From Haliotis rufescens (lineage: Eukaryota): 64,000 nt of DNA. Within the stretch, counting starts at the first letter, position 1; each line of letters opens with the position of its first letter. A program made the position numbers and the translations under genes. Location: positions 34,348,001 to 34,412,000 of the forward strand of contig NW_025963813.1 of assembly GCF_023055435.1 (NCBI RefSeq). The letters are read 5' to 3'. Below the pieces are notes generated by a model. That model ran no database searches and had not been told where the DNA came from. It saw only the letters and a program-made list of their open reading frames with translations. This document shows positions 39,421 to 52,571 of the stretch, one piece after another.

Positions 39421-42149
39421 CTGAGGTTAGAAATTATGTATTGATTTTGGGTTTTATTTAATAAAAATATGAACGTCCTTGGTGCTTATGTAACAAAACG
39501 TCAACCTGTTCACATGAGCAGTGAGTGTGTTTGAGTGCGTGGGCCTATTTGCCAGGCAGCCCCAATATGACGGAAAAGCGACCCATATCTCTCCGTTCAG
39601 ATTTCAAATACTCACGCTAGCAAAATATGTCCGGTTTCTTACACTAAACTTAAGACATCCTCGTGCACATTATTCATTAAACTGTACAGCGAGTTTGCGT
39701 CATCTTATCCTAATATTACCTTCGACCGCCTCCTGGTCTAGTGAAATAAAGACCTCCGTGGTCAAGTGGGTACGGCGTCTGCCGGGAGAGCAGAACGTCG
39801 GGGTTCGATCTCCAGCCGCGTCGTACCAAAAGACGTTAAAATATGGCACTTGTTACCCTGCCTGGCGCTTGGCATTAAGGGGATGCAAGGCTTGGTCGGC
39901 CCGGAGTCTGTATGCTGTGTTTCAGTGGGGCATCCATGTTAATTTGCGGTATGAGATCGCCTCGGGTGAGCACCAATACAACCAACATTTGTCCGGACTT
40001 GTACAAGCAGCCAAACTCGCACGCACGCACGCACGCACGAGCACAAAACACACACACACACATGCTACACGGGTTTTATCATCTTGAAAGCGTCATCAAA
40101 CCCCAATTCACCTCTCCCACCGCGCACATTTCCCTCACTCAAAAACAAAAATCAAATTTTATAATTGATTGTTGAGCAACTGATTATTCAGTTTCCAATG
40201 TAGCTGTATTGTTGATTGTACGTGGTAACAATTTTATGCGGCGCTTATATAATGGCACGCGCTCTGATTGTCTATGGTGCTACTGCCATGACAGCCTGTG
40301 TTATATAGTGATGTGGGGTAAAAATGGGGTTTAACGTCGCGTCTAAGAACATTGCACTTACAGCGACGTGCATGTAGGTGTATGTTGGGCTGCTTGTACT
40401 CGTCCGGACTGATGCCGATTTATAGTGCTCGCTCACTGAGATACCATGCCGCAGTTTAACATGAGTACCCCGAGCAGACCAGTCCTTGTTTTAGCCCCTT
40501 GCCGAGCGCCAGACAAGTACCATTTTTTAACGTCGTTTGGTATGACGCGGCTGGGAATCGAACCCCGGATCTTCCGCCCTCAAGGCGGACGCTCAACCAC
40601 TTGGTCACGGAGGCGGGCAAGTAATACAGTGACCTCTCTTAGTGTTTATAGTACACACTCCGTACCCTTGTTTGACATGTTCGTCACCCTCCCGGCATTG
40701 TGAGCTTGGTACTTCTGTGGGGGTTTCGGGTTCCAACAGGTCCCCAGCGATCTCTGTTACTGGTACGACGCCCTTACACCCATCGCTGATCTTACATGAA
40801 AGTAGACCGCCTCCGTGATCTAGTGGTAGAGCGTCCGCCCGGAGAGCGGAAGGTCCGAGTTCGATCCCCGACCGCGTCATACCAAAAGACGTTAATGATG
40901 GTACTTGTTGTTACCCTGTCTGGCGCTCGGCATTAAGGGGCTAAAATAAGGACTGGTCGGCTCGGAGTCAGTATAATGTGTCTGAGTGGGGTATTCATGT
41001 TAAACTGCGGCATGGTATATCAGTGGGCTAGCACTATAAATCGGCATCAGTCCGGCCTAGTACAAGCAGACACACACACACACACCATACCCGTGCTCGT
41101 GGGTTTCACCAAAGTGGTAAACGTCTGAGACCTGCATCTATTCGGGCTTTCCTCACACATTAAGCTGACACGTCGCGATATAACTGGAATACTGTTAAAA
41201 GCGGCGTTAAACCCAACTCACTCACTCACTAAAACCCATTTCACCTCAGCTTACATGAAAGTAAATTCAAGGCAGTGGGAAATTATGGATGGCTTTACAA
41301 ATATCACTCAAGTCATGTTGTAAGTTTTGTGGATTGAAACGAGATGTTAACGGTAGCGTCAAAAAGAAATATCTATCACCGTCAACACATGCCAGCCGGT
41401 TTATATATGTGTGGCCCAGTGGTTAGCCTAAAGAGTCCTTGGTGTGAATCAAGCTCTGATTGTACTCTTTTACATTAAATTCGACCAAAGTGTTCTGATA
41501 TTTTCTTCCCATTATCAGTATGAGTCTCTTTCAGTTCAACACAAATCAAAATTTCACAAGATTGTTAACACTGCAAGTAAAATGTCTTTCATCTTTATAC
41601 GGGTAGCTAGTAGTAAGCCAAGCAGCCAAGTTATTACTGACTCAGCTAATTTCTTAAATCTTGAATACAAACGTTCCCCTTCGCGCCGCCGCTATCAAAC
41701 TCACGTTGTGAAAACTAGAGCTCTTACATATATTTTACACACACCTCCAGACATTATATACAGGTTTATATTCATGATGCCATTGTAAATACTCGTTATC
41801 TGTTAGTTAAAAAATCACTCTTAAATGCATATAATGTTGCAAATAGTATCTCAATTTACATAATTTTAAGTTATTAAAAACAGGTTTATGCCGGGTGGTT
41901 CTTAAAATCATTTGCTGTCTTATACTTTTTAAAATAACTCTATTTCATTTCAGTGTCCCTATCTTTATATCTTATCATCTGTTTTGTGAACTTTATGTAT
42001 CTATTTAATTCAAATATCCATCATAGTTCGTGTCTAATGTACGTACATTAAATGCTTTATGTATACTTGTTACGCGGCTTTTTGTCTAAATATTAATGTC
42101 ATGATCTGTGATATATGTCAAATTCTGAAAACGTAATAAATTATAATTA

Positions 42150-42913
42150 TTTTTATGTACAGAGTAAAATAAAAAGTGCAACAAAGAGGGATTGTGTGAT
42201 CTTGGCACAGTCAGGCTGGTTAGGCTCATCATCAGCTCAGGGCCCTTGCCCCCTCTACACGCAGCCCACATAGCGAATGGGATTTCTCCCAGGAAGCGCT
42301 GCATAGTCAAACCCACCCAAAACTTTCCGGAGAATGTGAAGACTCCCCAAAAATCTGCATTACCCAGATTGTCAGAAGGGCTGTATTCCTGGTAGCAAAC
42401 CCGGGCACTCTCCCAATGTCAGTCAACAGATTGGGAGGTACCAAACCTAAGGCACCGAGAACAATGGGGAGTCGGACAACTTGGTACTTGGGATGCAAGC
42501 GTGACATTTCGAAGGCGATGTTTGCATATTTACCATGTTTTTCCTGAACCTTGTCAATCACATTGGTGTCAAAAAGGAACGAAAATTCAATAATAAATGA
42601 TTTCATTGGATTTATCAAAAAGGACAAGATCAGGTTTGTTGGCCTGAATACGTCTGAGGCTGTAAACGGGCCTATTCTAAAGGAAATTGTATTGATCATT
42701 TTCCATGACGCCCTCTACATATTCCGGGTCGTACCATGGATGGACCTCTACGTCATTGCGAAGACGGTAATAAAATAATCGAGCCACTCCATCATGTCGC
42801 TTAAGATACTGTGTTTGTGCCAAAGCTGGGCATCCAATGACAATGTGTTGGACAGTCTCATCAAATTCCTTACATAATCTACATTTCATATTTACATTTT
42901 GATGCAAAAGCAT
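42150..42913 (-). mobile_element. 5'-truncated RLE-type non-LTR retrotransposon (R4/Dong-like), C-terminal part
   Basis: Zinc knuckle CRLCKEFDETVQHIVIGC, RHDGVAR, QANKPDLVL (PD..D/E endonuclease), EKHGKY and PIVLGALG. It carries frameshifts and abuts a (TAA)n array at 42913-42980. Confidence 0.85.
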
Positions 42914-42934
42914 ATTATTATTTTTTATTTTTTA

Positions 42935-42982
<48 letters not shown>

Positions 42983-44171
42983 TCCCGTTCGTCCCGCACC
43001 TAGTTTGGTTACAACAAACCCAATCAATTGTAAACCCATTATGTGTGGTATTTCTATGGGAGATTGGACCCTGGCTATTTGTACATGTACATATATATAC
43101 ACATCCATATGATTGTAGGTTTAACTTGCCAAGTCTACAGTATACATTAACATGGACTATTGAATATACAAATATGTAGGCTAATGCTGCATTCAAAAAC
43201 TATTCCTTGCTTATATTGGATATTTATATTTTGTTGAAACTAGTTGCACCTACACTTACCTATGAACATTTGTGTCTCACTGATCTATTATGCACAAGCA
43301 TTCTGATTGGCTGTTCACAAACTCGCCAAGCTGCCATTATATATTACTGTCGGTCTACTGGTTTAGAAGTATGCAGAGACACATATATCGAGCCTAAATC
43401 CTCAGACGAAAAGAAGTTAAATACAATTTAGTTTTATATAAATAAACGCTATGCGGTACAGGAGACTCAGACTAGCGTAGGTCCTATTGCCTTTGGTGTT
43501 TACACTGCACTCCGTCATGCGTAGTATACAGCCTTGACCTACTAGTATCTTATCCCGCTGCAGAAGGGAATAATAGCGCGGACCGTGGATATATACATAT
43601 GTCAGCCCTTGCGCGGTGTCCTGAGGTCAGTATACACACAACGTAATATTATGTTGCCTCTGTGTGACATGTTGTACCCAAGACGGCCCATATACTGGAC
43701 ACGCTATTGTAACTGGACGATATCTATCGTGTAAATGCCAATACTTAAAAACAATGTAAAAGACATGGGCCATGCATGTGTGTGAGTTAATGTATAGTCT
43801 GACATCGTTAAGACTGTACACTTGCGTTGGATGACGGACAAAACGCAAGGTTGTGACGGGCTCAACACAGGGACAATATATACAATACGCGACTACACTT
43901 ATTTGAGGTCATCCGTTCCAGTCAAGGCGTCTGGATCATTCCCGCGCACCCGCCTTGCGTGGGTAACGATCAACTACACGCATTCAGGTCAACGTACGCC
44001 TGTATTGACCCGTTTCACTGACTGTCTACCTCATAATGGATGTACGGGTGTCCTAAAGTAAACGTTCATTGTAGAAACCAAATCTGATGACCTGGATGTT
44101 TAAATGTGAACGCTTTAGCGTTGATTTCAAGTGCAGATACAATGTAGCTTTAGGTGGAATTGAATTTGAAT

Positions 44172-44200
44172 TTCCAGGAATGACGTCACTGGGTTTTTCC
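44172..44200 (+). promoter_or_regulatory. Compact GAS + CRE + kappaB-like motif cluster upstream of SAM gene 1
   Basis: TTCCAGGAA (44172-44180), TGACGTCA (44181-44188) and GGGTTTTTCC (44191-44200) lie almost back to back, about 100 bp before a donor CAG|GTAATA at 44302/44303. Confidence 0.5.
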
Positions 44201-44407
44201 AATGTATTATTAGTAACTGAGCTGTCGTTTCACTATGTCCATTGTTGTTAAATGAATGTAGGTGTACAAGTGATCTATTATCGCACTAGGCTAGATTGTC
44301 AGGTAATATCTGTTTTCTGGGTAACGCAGTGAATATAGGCTGTGGCTCTTACTTCTCTTTGTCTTGTAGCAGTAGGAAGTTTTATTGTTTTACTCTACTT
44401 CAGCTGG

Positions 44408-47400
44408 ATGAAGAAGATGGAGAGACTACCGGGATCTATAAAATTAACAGGGATGTCTGGAGGGCAGGCTACTTACAGCAATGTGGCTGCGGTGGTTGAA
44501 GGGGGGATGGGAAACACCTATCACGGGCCGCAACACAAAGGTAACTATTTTCGTAAATGCATTTTTTGTTAAAGATTGACCATTTCGATTAAATATGATA
44601 TAGAACAATACATAGGCTAGGTCACCAATGGAAACAATGTATATGACGCACTCATCTGAGTAAATATGGAAAGAAACATTATTTGAACGATTGAATTGAT
44701 TTCAGTATAGGCTAATGTTACACTTGCAATGTGTGTAAATGTGTGTAAATTTGTTCAGTGGAAAAGACATACCACAACAACGTGAGCGGCAGCACTGGAG
44801 TGACGACCGTCAATGAGGTCACAGGAGACACGGTCAACATTGGCAGCAGCAGCAGCAGCCCATCCCAACAACCAGCGTCACAAACTGCATCTCAAAGTAG
44901 GGCTCATATATTTATCTATGTTTAGAGAACATATCGAATACCAAACGAGCTCCCGTGTAATACCAATTTTATGAAACGAGTGAATAGTTCTGGTATTTGA
45001 CGAGCGAAAGCGAGTTTCATAAGATTTCTATTAAACGGGAGCGAGCTTAGTATTATATTTATTACTCGCCATTTATAACGTTTTATAGAATTTCACCGTC
45101 GTGTATGAATAGGGAGACATCTACACGACCCACAACATAATCCTTTTGAGTTTAACAGAATACACCTTCAAACAAGTCAAACGGTGACGCATATTAATTT
45201 AATACCATACAACGGCCCTCCTTTAGAACTCAGGCGTCCGTTCCACAAAGTTATCGTAGCGCTAAGGTTATCGTAACTTACCTACTTTAACAGAAACTTA
45301 CGACGGCCGTTGCGCTACAATACGATCGCCTTGTGGAACCACACAGTTTACAATCGCGTAATGAAACAATGACGTACTTTGTGGAATCTTGTTGCAATAT
45401 CCACCGGCGACACAATGTCATGTGGGGTCAGTCCAACAACAGGGTTGCTGAAGTAGTTGAGTGTGCATAAGCTCCTCTCGTTGATCTATCATCTCCTCAC
45501 GCAATGTCGTTGAACAAGCCAAGTGATGTTGGGAGTTTTCAATATTTGTCAGTGAACGTGTTCCCGCAGTAATCAAGCACGGGGTTTGGTATAACGCAAT
45601 GTGTAATACAGCTGTATGTTTATAATATGGGTGATCTCTTCCCGGGCAAGTAATAAATCTCCTTAACAGATATAGGGCCGCGTTGAAATACGATTGTTAA
45701 GCGCTGCGGTGAGTGAATAGTCGCTGTGGCTATATATTCTGCACCTACAGTTTGTGTACAGTCTAAACAAGTCCATGATGTTGGTCGTTTCGGTCTAGGT
45801 TATATTGAAATGAGGAAAACACATCATATGTAGAGGTCACGGTAGCACAATACTGTACAAGGATTACAAGGAAAAGTATTATCTTCATATTTCAGTGTAG
45901 CTATCTCCATTACCCATCATTAAGATGGGTATTATTAGACTTCAACTCGTTAACATTCAAAAACATTTCGAATGTATTTGGGGGGCACGGGTGGCCCAGT
46001 CGTCTAAGGCGCCGCAATTCGCTGTGCAGAGTTGCGTCCCTTGGGCATGCCAGAAACTTATTATTGTGGGTTCGAATCCCGGTTCACCCCACATATCACG
46101 GCGTGTCAGCTTTATGTTGGAGGAAAGCTCGAAGTGATGCAGGTCTCAGACGTTCACCACTTCGGTGAAACCCACGAGCACGGGTACGGTGCTGACAAAC
46201 CTGGAAACATAATCGGGGCGAACCGGGATTCCAACCCACAATCATAGCTTTCTGACGTGCCCAAGGGACGCAACTCTGTACAGCGAATTGCAACGCGTTA
46301 GACGATTGGGTCACCCGTCACACTATTTAGAATGGCTCTCCATATGTGTAGTTTACCTAAGTACCCATATCAGCTGTGATAACACCATTGTCAGACAGAC
46401 ATGGCATATATACTCACCGCCAAAAGAAACGCGAACCAAGAAACATATAGAGAAGTATGTACCTTGAGAAGAGATGTTTCCAATGTGTACCACTTAATGA
46501 CAAAAGTAACAACCTGTAAAATGCTACCACCGTGTCTTTATTCTCATGACGATATGGTGCACGTGATTTTCAAACTTAACACGCTAATCCTGCACGAGAC
46601 AAAAAGTGCAGCTCGAGTCACGGATCTATGGCGTCATGTGTGATGTTCATGAGAGTAGGTTCATACAGTATACCAGTATGTTCGTTTGTGCACGGAACCA
46701 ATCTCATATCTGTTGAATATGAGTAGTTCTTCATGTATTAACCAACATTTATGGTTTTCACGTGTTTTCTGTCGGTGTGTTTCTGTACATATATGTATTA
46801 AATGTTTGATAGGCATTACTTAGAAGTTGACGGATGATAAGGTAGACAAAATTTTACGGATAACAACTTCTTTAATACTGTAAAAAACGACCTGTCGGTA
46901 TAGATCCTTATACCGTTGTCAAGCAAGACTGCATGAGGGACATGGTACAGAATATATATAGCACACAGTACACCTACTATATATATTCTGTACATGTCCC
47001 GTTTTCAGTCTTGCTTGACAACGGTATAAGGATCTGTACCAAAACGTCGCTTTTTACAGAGTTAAATAAGTTGTATCCATACAATTGTGTCTACTATATA
47101 TGAATTATTATTCGGCATAAGGGGTATATCTCTAAACCAGAATGTTGTTTAACGTATATATGATTTAACACACATGTCGAATCATATGATAACATCTACT
47201 GTTTTCCACAGTTCCAGGTCCAGCCTTAGAGCTGATGACAGTTGAAGATGTTCAGGATCTGATGACAAGAGAGCGTTTTCCTGAAACCACGAGAAAAACA
47301 TTTGAGGAAAATGGCATTGATGGCAAATACTTCGTGAAACTTTTAGAAGTGGGCGTTTTGGAAGAGCTCGGTGTCACGTCACCCCTTGCTAAAATGAAGA

Positions 47401-47441
47401 TAAAAACAATTCTCGAAAATCGTTCCAAGAAATCTAGTTGA
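44408..47441 (+). CDS. SAM gene 1: amyloid-like N-terminal modules + C-terminal SAM domain (3 coding exons, 166 aa)
   Basis: Exons 44408-44540, 44759-44896 and 47212-47441 have GT-AG boundaries, are all phase 1 and total 501 nt. Protein: MKKMERLPGSIKLTGMSGGQATYSNVAAVVEGGMGNTYHGPQHK|VEKTYHNNVSGSTGVTTVNEVTGDTVNIGSSSSSPSQQPASQTASQ|IPGPALELMTVEDVQDLMTRERFPETTRKTFEENGIDGKYFVKLLEVGVLEELGVTSPLAKMKIKTILENRSKKSS. SAM signature: TVEDV...F.ENGIDG...L.ELGV. AATAAA follows at about 47640. Confidence 0.8.
46803..47095. mobile_element. Palindromic Penelope-like terminal fragment in intron 2 of SAM gene 1
   Basis: Same sequence family as 18519-18730, with inverted arms around a short spacer. Confidence 0.55.
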
Positions 47442-49533
47442 CTGCCCCATTGATGTTCGCCTATCATTCGGGTCCACTATGCTTCATCCTTCACCATCTC
47501 ACGACATGACATGGACCGTGAACGATGACAATCTTTGTGGCTTCAGTGTTATCAACTGTCATTCATGACATCCAACGATTAATTGTTTTAATCAAAGTAC
47601 ATATTTGTTACCTGATTTTCATCGACTCATATTTTATCAAATAAATATTATCTATTTACTTCAATGTATGCATCACTGTTGTGTTTTCAAGTGTGATTGC
47701 GGAATTAATTTTGGATAGATTGATCCGGCTCTGTGTTTGTTTGTTTGTTTGTTGTAACAACAGGCCTCCAGGTAGGTCCGCGCTTAAGGCTTTATTTTAT
47801 TTCAAGTGTGTTAGTGTGAAGGGTTTGTCCATTACTTATTTGTTTGTTGCTTAATGCCGCGCTCAGCAATATCACAGCTATATGACGACGGTCTGCAAAT
47901 AATCAGGAGGACCAGACAATCCATTGATTGACAACATGAACATTGATCTGAGCAATTGGGAAACGATGACATGCATCAACAAAGTCAGCGAGCCTGACCA
48001 CCCGATCCCGTTAGTCACTTCTTCCAAGAGTAGTTGCTCCCTAAGACAAGCATGGGTTGCTGAAGAGCAATTCTATCCCGGTCAGGCGATGTGACGGGGC
48101 TTGGTGCATGCGGGACACCGTAAGCATTGGTCGTTTCTCATGATTTTTGGGACCCTATTGTCTTCAAGCAACCGTAGCATCATTCACTCATTCAATCACT
48201 CATTCACTCACTCACTCACTCAACCCACCCACGAAACCCACTCGCTCACTCACTCACTCACCAGTCAAGTCCCCGAATGAATTTTAGGTGTTCGCAAAAC
48301 GATGAGCGTTCCCGTCACAAACACATGCAAGGGCATATCAAACGTCAAACGTATGACTGAATACGTGCACGTGAGTAACGTACCAGGTGCACCATCATTC
48401 CACCTTTTGACTTGCAAAAAAAAACGCAACCTGGCTTTGTTATCTAACACTTGACCCAAATTTTACATTCTGAAAATCGTTTCGCACAGGACACTAAAAT
48501 TAGATCCTTGTCATCAACAGATTTACTTCCTGCATGTACATTTGTTGGCAACTGATCAAATGTCAAAAGAGTTGACAGCCTATGCGAGTGGTAACCTGTC
48601 CACAATGGAAAATCTAAATTCGGAGTTGTTGTTGGAAATATTTTCCGAGAAATGTCATGGGCGTTCCCTGAGAAAAGTAGATCCACGTCATGGAAATAAA
48701 AATAAGTCCATGTCATCAGAAATCAATAATGTCAACACTATAGACAACTGTCACTTCGCTAAACCTACAAAGAAACCAGACGTTCATGATATTCGTCCCC
48801 ACAAAGGTAATACTTTATTTCATGAGCAATTATTCAAAGTAATTAAATGCTGAGGTTTTTATTAAGGAGTTGAAACTAAAAAGAATGTAAAGGCATATTA
48901 TAACCGATGTAGTTGGAATGTTGGAATTATTCCAATCACACAAACACTTTTTGTTTATTTTCAATTGTAATGTCATCAGGGTATGCAGTTTGGTATATTA
49001 AACAAATAATTTACGGATCAAAAAGTCGTTTATAGACATTCTGCTTTTATTGAAGAACAGGTAACTTCAACACAACCAAGCACATGCACGTCAAAACGTC
49101 CTGGGGCCTTACGATACATGGCATCTGTAGTGGTCTGGTGTGGGGACCGAGGTTTCATCTTTGTACAGTTGGTTGGCTGGTAGTTTTACGCCGCACTCAG
49201 CAATATTCCAGCTATATGACGGCGGTCTGTAAATAATCGAGTCTCGACCAGACAATCCAGTGATTGATATCATGAGCATCGATCCACGCAATCGGGATCG
49301 ATGACAAGCATCAACCAAGTCAGCGAGCCTGACCCGTTAGTCGCCTCCTACGACAAGCATAGTCGCCTTTTACGGCCAGCATAGGTTGCTGAAGGCCTAT
49401 TCCACCCCGGATCTTCACGGGTCTCTTCTTACAGGACAAGTCGACTTCGGGATAACGAGGTTACAGAACAGTCTGTAAATTGTTTACCACTGTGGTCATA
49501 ATCTGAAGGATCTGTTATATTGCAGGTTAAACA

Positions 49534-50983
49534 ATGGCAACAATTACCGTGACAGGGGCAGACGGAAACGCAAAAATAAAGAACTCAAGCGTTACTGGGA
49601 TTCAAAACAGTAACGGAAAACTTCCATCACAGAAAGGTATGAATTGTTTATTTATCGTTTAATATAGTCGCTTAAAATAACAAACAATAGAATACGACAT
49701 ACACTGTATATGGACAAGCTGTTATGCTAAAGTCTGGATGCCCTACATAGCCAGTTCGTAGCTGGGTCTTCGGCGTTACGAGCGAACGCTTTAACCACTG
49801 GGCTACCCGACCGCCCCCGAAGCATTTGATTGTGTCAACTCATGATATGATTATGGAAAAGGGTTTGTGACTTTTTTTCATTTTTTAAGTATTACTATTA
49901 TTATAATCTTAAATAAGGTTAATCATATATTCATGAGAATTATTTCTTCTATTCACCAGATATCAGGAAAATGGAAGTGACGGGTGTCAAGGGTAATGCT
50001 GAGGTAGACAATTCTGTCGTTGCCGGCATTAATAACGGCCAAATGGGATCTGTTGGTGAGTTTATGTATTCGCTGGAACAGATCCTTATACATTACCATG
50101 TTAATATGGTTGGTCTTTCATCCAAGTATCAATAAAATCAAGAAACGTAATACCATTTGAATTAGACAATTGACTCAATCGGTTTTCTATCTCCACACAT
50201 TGAAATCATCATCGATATCAGTAATAATTTATTCCAGAAAACAGGCAGCAAACATACAATATTGGAACTGCCCACGGCGTCGTAGGTGGGCAGGACATGC
50301 AAGGCGCATCTGTGAATCAAGGGGGAATCACAGGGCCAAGATCAGGACCCATTGCATACTTCAAAGGCAAAGGTAATTATAACATTACTGTTAATCTGCT
50401 GTGTTATATGGATCTTTGAACCGCTAATATTTCATTCCGGGATCAATACTTCATCGGGAACCGAAATATGATTAGCTATGTACACATCTTTGCTGAAAGG
50501 CTCCAACGTTTCTAAAACGAAATTATGTACAAGCGAAAATGAATCACTTCTACACTACAAATAAGTGTCCTTCAAAAAGTATTCATAGATGCTCCTGAGA
50601 CGGAATACTATTAATACAGAATCACTGATCTTAAGGAAATATGCTTATCATAAATTGTTTAAAAATAACTGATAACACTGTGTACCATTGAAACCATCAG
50701 TAAAGCTTCAACGTGACGTAACCTTTGGGTTTTGGCTTTTATTATGAAATATATTTACGACTCCGTTTGCCTTCCAGCTCGTTCGGACATCTCTGAGGAG
50801 GACATTGTTGGTCTCCTACAGGAGAAGAAGCTAGAGAAACACATTCCACTATTCGAGAAACATGGCATTGATGGGGATTTATTGTCTCAGCTCAACGAGG
50901 ATGAACTCAAAGCAAACTTTGGCATTGACGACTCGTTTGAAAGGAAGAAAATACTGAATCTAAAGAAATATATCCCTCAATAA
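49534..50983 (+). CDS. SAM gene 2: three amyloid-like modules + SAM domain (4 coding exons, 179 aa)
   Basis: Exons 49534-49636, 49960-50055, 50238-50372 and 50778-50983 are GT-AG, phase 1 and total 540 nt. Protein: MATITVTGADGNAKIKNSSVTGIQNSNGKLPSQK|DIRKMEVTGVKGNAEVDNSVVAGINNGQMGSV|ENRQQTYNIGTAHGVVGGQDMQGASVNQGGITGPRSGPIAYFKGK|ARSDISEEDIVGLLQEKKLEKHIPLFEKHGIDGDLLSQLNEDELKANFGIDDSFERKKILNLKKYIPQ. An upstream non-coding donor lies at 49060/49061. Confidence 0.85.
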
Positions 50984-52178
50984 TATATTCGCTCAACCAT
51001 CTCGACTGTTAAAAGATCATATGTAATGGATTGTCTGTGTCGATGCTATCAATGTCATTATGAACTATCAAAAGGCTTCTCACTGTAGTTGGATCAACAT
51101 ACTCTTCCTTTATCATTTGAACAGTAGATTTTGCATTGCCTCATGCTATCATCCATCATTACACAATAAACATTAGATCTGAAAACAGTGTTGTTATATG
51201 GGACATGAAAGTTCTGAGAATAAGTAAACAACAATCATACTATCCCCGTTCCCATTAGCATTCATGAAAAAACATTAGTACTTCAACTGAGTGAGTGAGT
51301 GAGTTGGGTTTAACGCCGCTTTCAACAGTATTCCAGTTATATCACAGCGTGTCAGCTTAATGTGGGAGGAAAGCCCGAAGTGATGCAGGTCTCAGACATT
51401 TACCACTTCGGTGAAACCCACGAGCACGGGTACGGTGCTGACAAACCAAGAAACATAATCGGGGCGAACGGGGATTCAAACCCACAATCATAGCTTTCTG
51501 GCGTGCCCAAGCGCGCACCTCTGCACAGCGAATCGCGGCTCCTTTTGACGACTGAGTGAGTGAGTTGAAATTTTAAGTCACATCGGCGATATTTCAGCCA
51601 TACCGTGACTCCTTAGACGACTGCCCCCTTCCCTCCTCTCCCCCCCCCCCCCCCCCCCCCAATCCCCCTTTCCTTCTAGTTCGACTGAAGAATGACTATC
51701 TGTAGAAAATGAAATGTGTAGAAAATGTAGCATGTTATACTAATTAATGCTACTGGTGGGGCAGGACATGCTTACCCTTTTCCCGAGCGCCTGGTGTTAC
51801 ATCACTGATTTTAAGTGGTCCATTCATAAAAGCTTCACAGCTATTTGGCCCTTTAGGCAAAACCTTTTTCGGTGGATAATCAGGGCTGCATTTTTGTGCA
51901 TTGCCATTTTATAATTGCATATTACATCATGAGCACACATCAGATGAACAGACCACATCAATATGGCTCGTCCAATGGGTATACAGATCATTCATAGTAA
52001 AAACTAAACGTTTGCCATTCAATATCAATCCGTAAGTTGACACTAGCGATACACAACCCTGCTCTTTCTGCCTGACATCAGCCTAGATATCTATGACCTA
52101 TTTGTAACGTAAAACATGGTGATAATACCTCATCAGACGTAAAGCTTGAGTTGTCTTCCTTTCATGCTATTCATAACC

Positions 52179-52224
52179 TTGCGTCATTTAAGGAACGTAT
52201 TCCCGAGAAATATGGCTATAAATA
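52179..52224 (+). promoter_or_regulatory. Putative promoter of SAM gene 3 (CRE/CEBP-like, STAT-like, TATA)
   Basis: TTGCGTCA (52179-52186), TTCCCGAGAA (52200-52209) and TATAAATA (52217-52224), then a donor AAG|GTAGGT at 52302/52303. Confidence 0.5.
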
Positions 52225-52571
52225 GATCCATGTCAATGTGTTAACATGTTATACCGGGAATGATAGTGAGGCTCATAACGCGAAGGGCCCTTCAGATTCA
52301 AGGTAGGTTGACTTCCTTGTCATACACAGCTCTGTGTTATTAAAGTTTAAACCATCCAACAGCGGAGTATAAAAAAGAGATAGCATGTCTTCCGCTCGTA
52401 TATAGCCACCATGTAGACACAGTTCGTAATCTAATTTGTTTGTTTGTTGTCCAGTTTGTCAAAAGGACACAACAGTTAGACGATGAAAAACCACGAGAGA
52501 AGCCTGTTGCAAATTTTGGGCAGTTATATTGCATATCATAGTTGTTTATCTTTTTTTATTCAGATTACAAA

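Noticed and set aside
39521-40087. 188-aa ORF
   Set aside because: It runs through a SINE family D copy and a microsatellite, with no domain features.
44342-44407. Hydrophobic N-terminus MALTSLCLVAVGSFIVLLYFSW suggesting a signal peptide on SAM gene 1
   Set aside because: It starts at GTG inside a GT-AG intron (44303-44403) and is the translated polypyrimidine tract. Paralogues start with ATG just after the equivalent acceptor.
48542-48853. 103-aa ORF upstream of SAM gene 2
   Set aside because: Non-ATG start, and I could not find an equivalent ORF in the paralogous region upstream of gene 5. More likely promoter or 5' UTR sequence.
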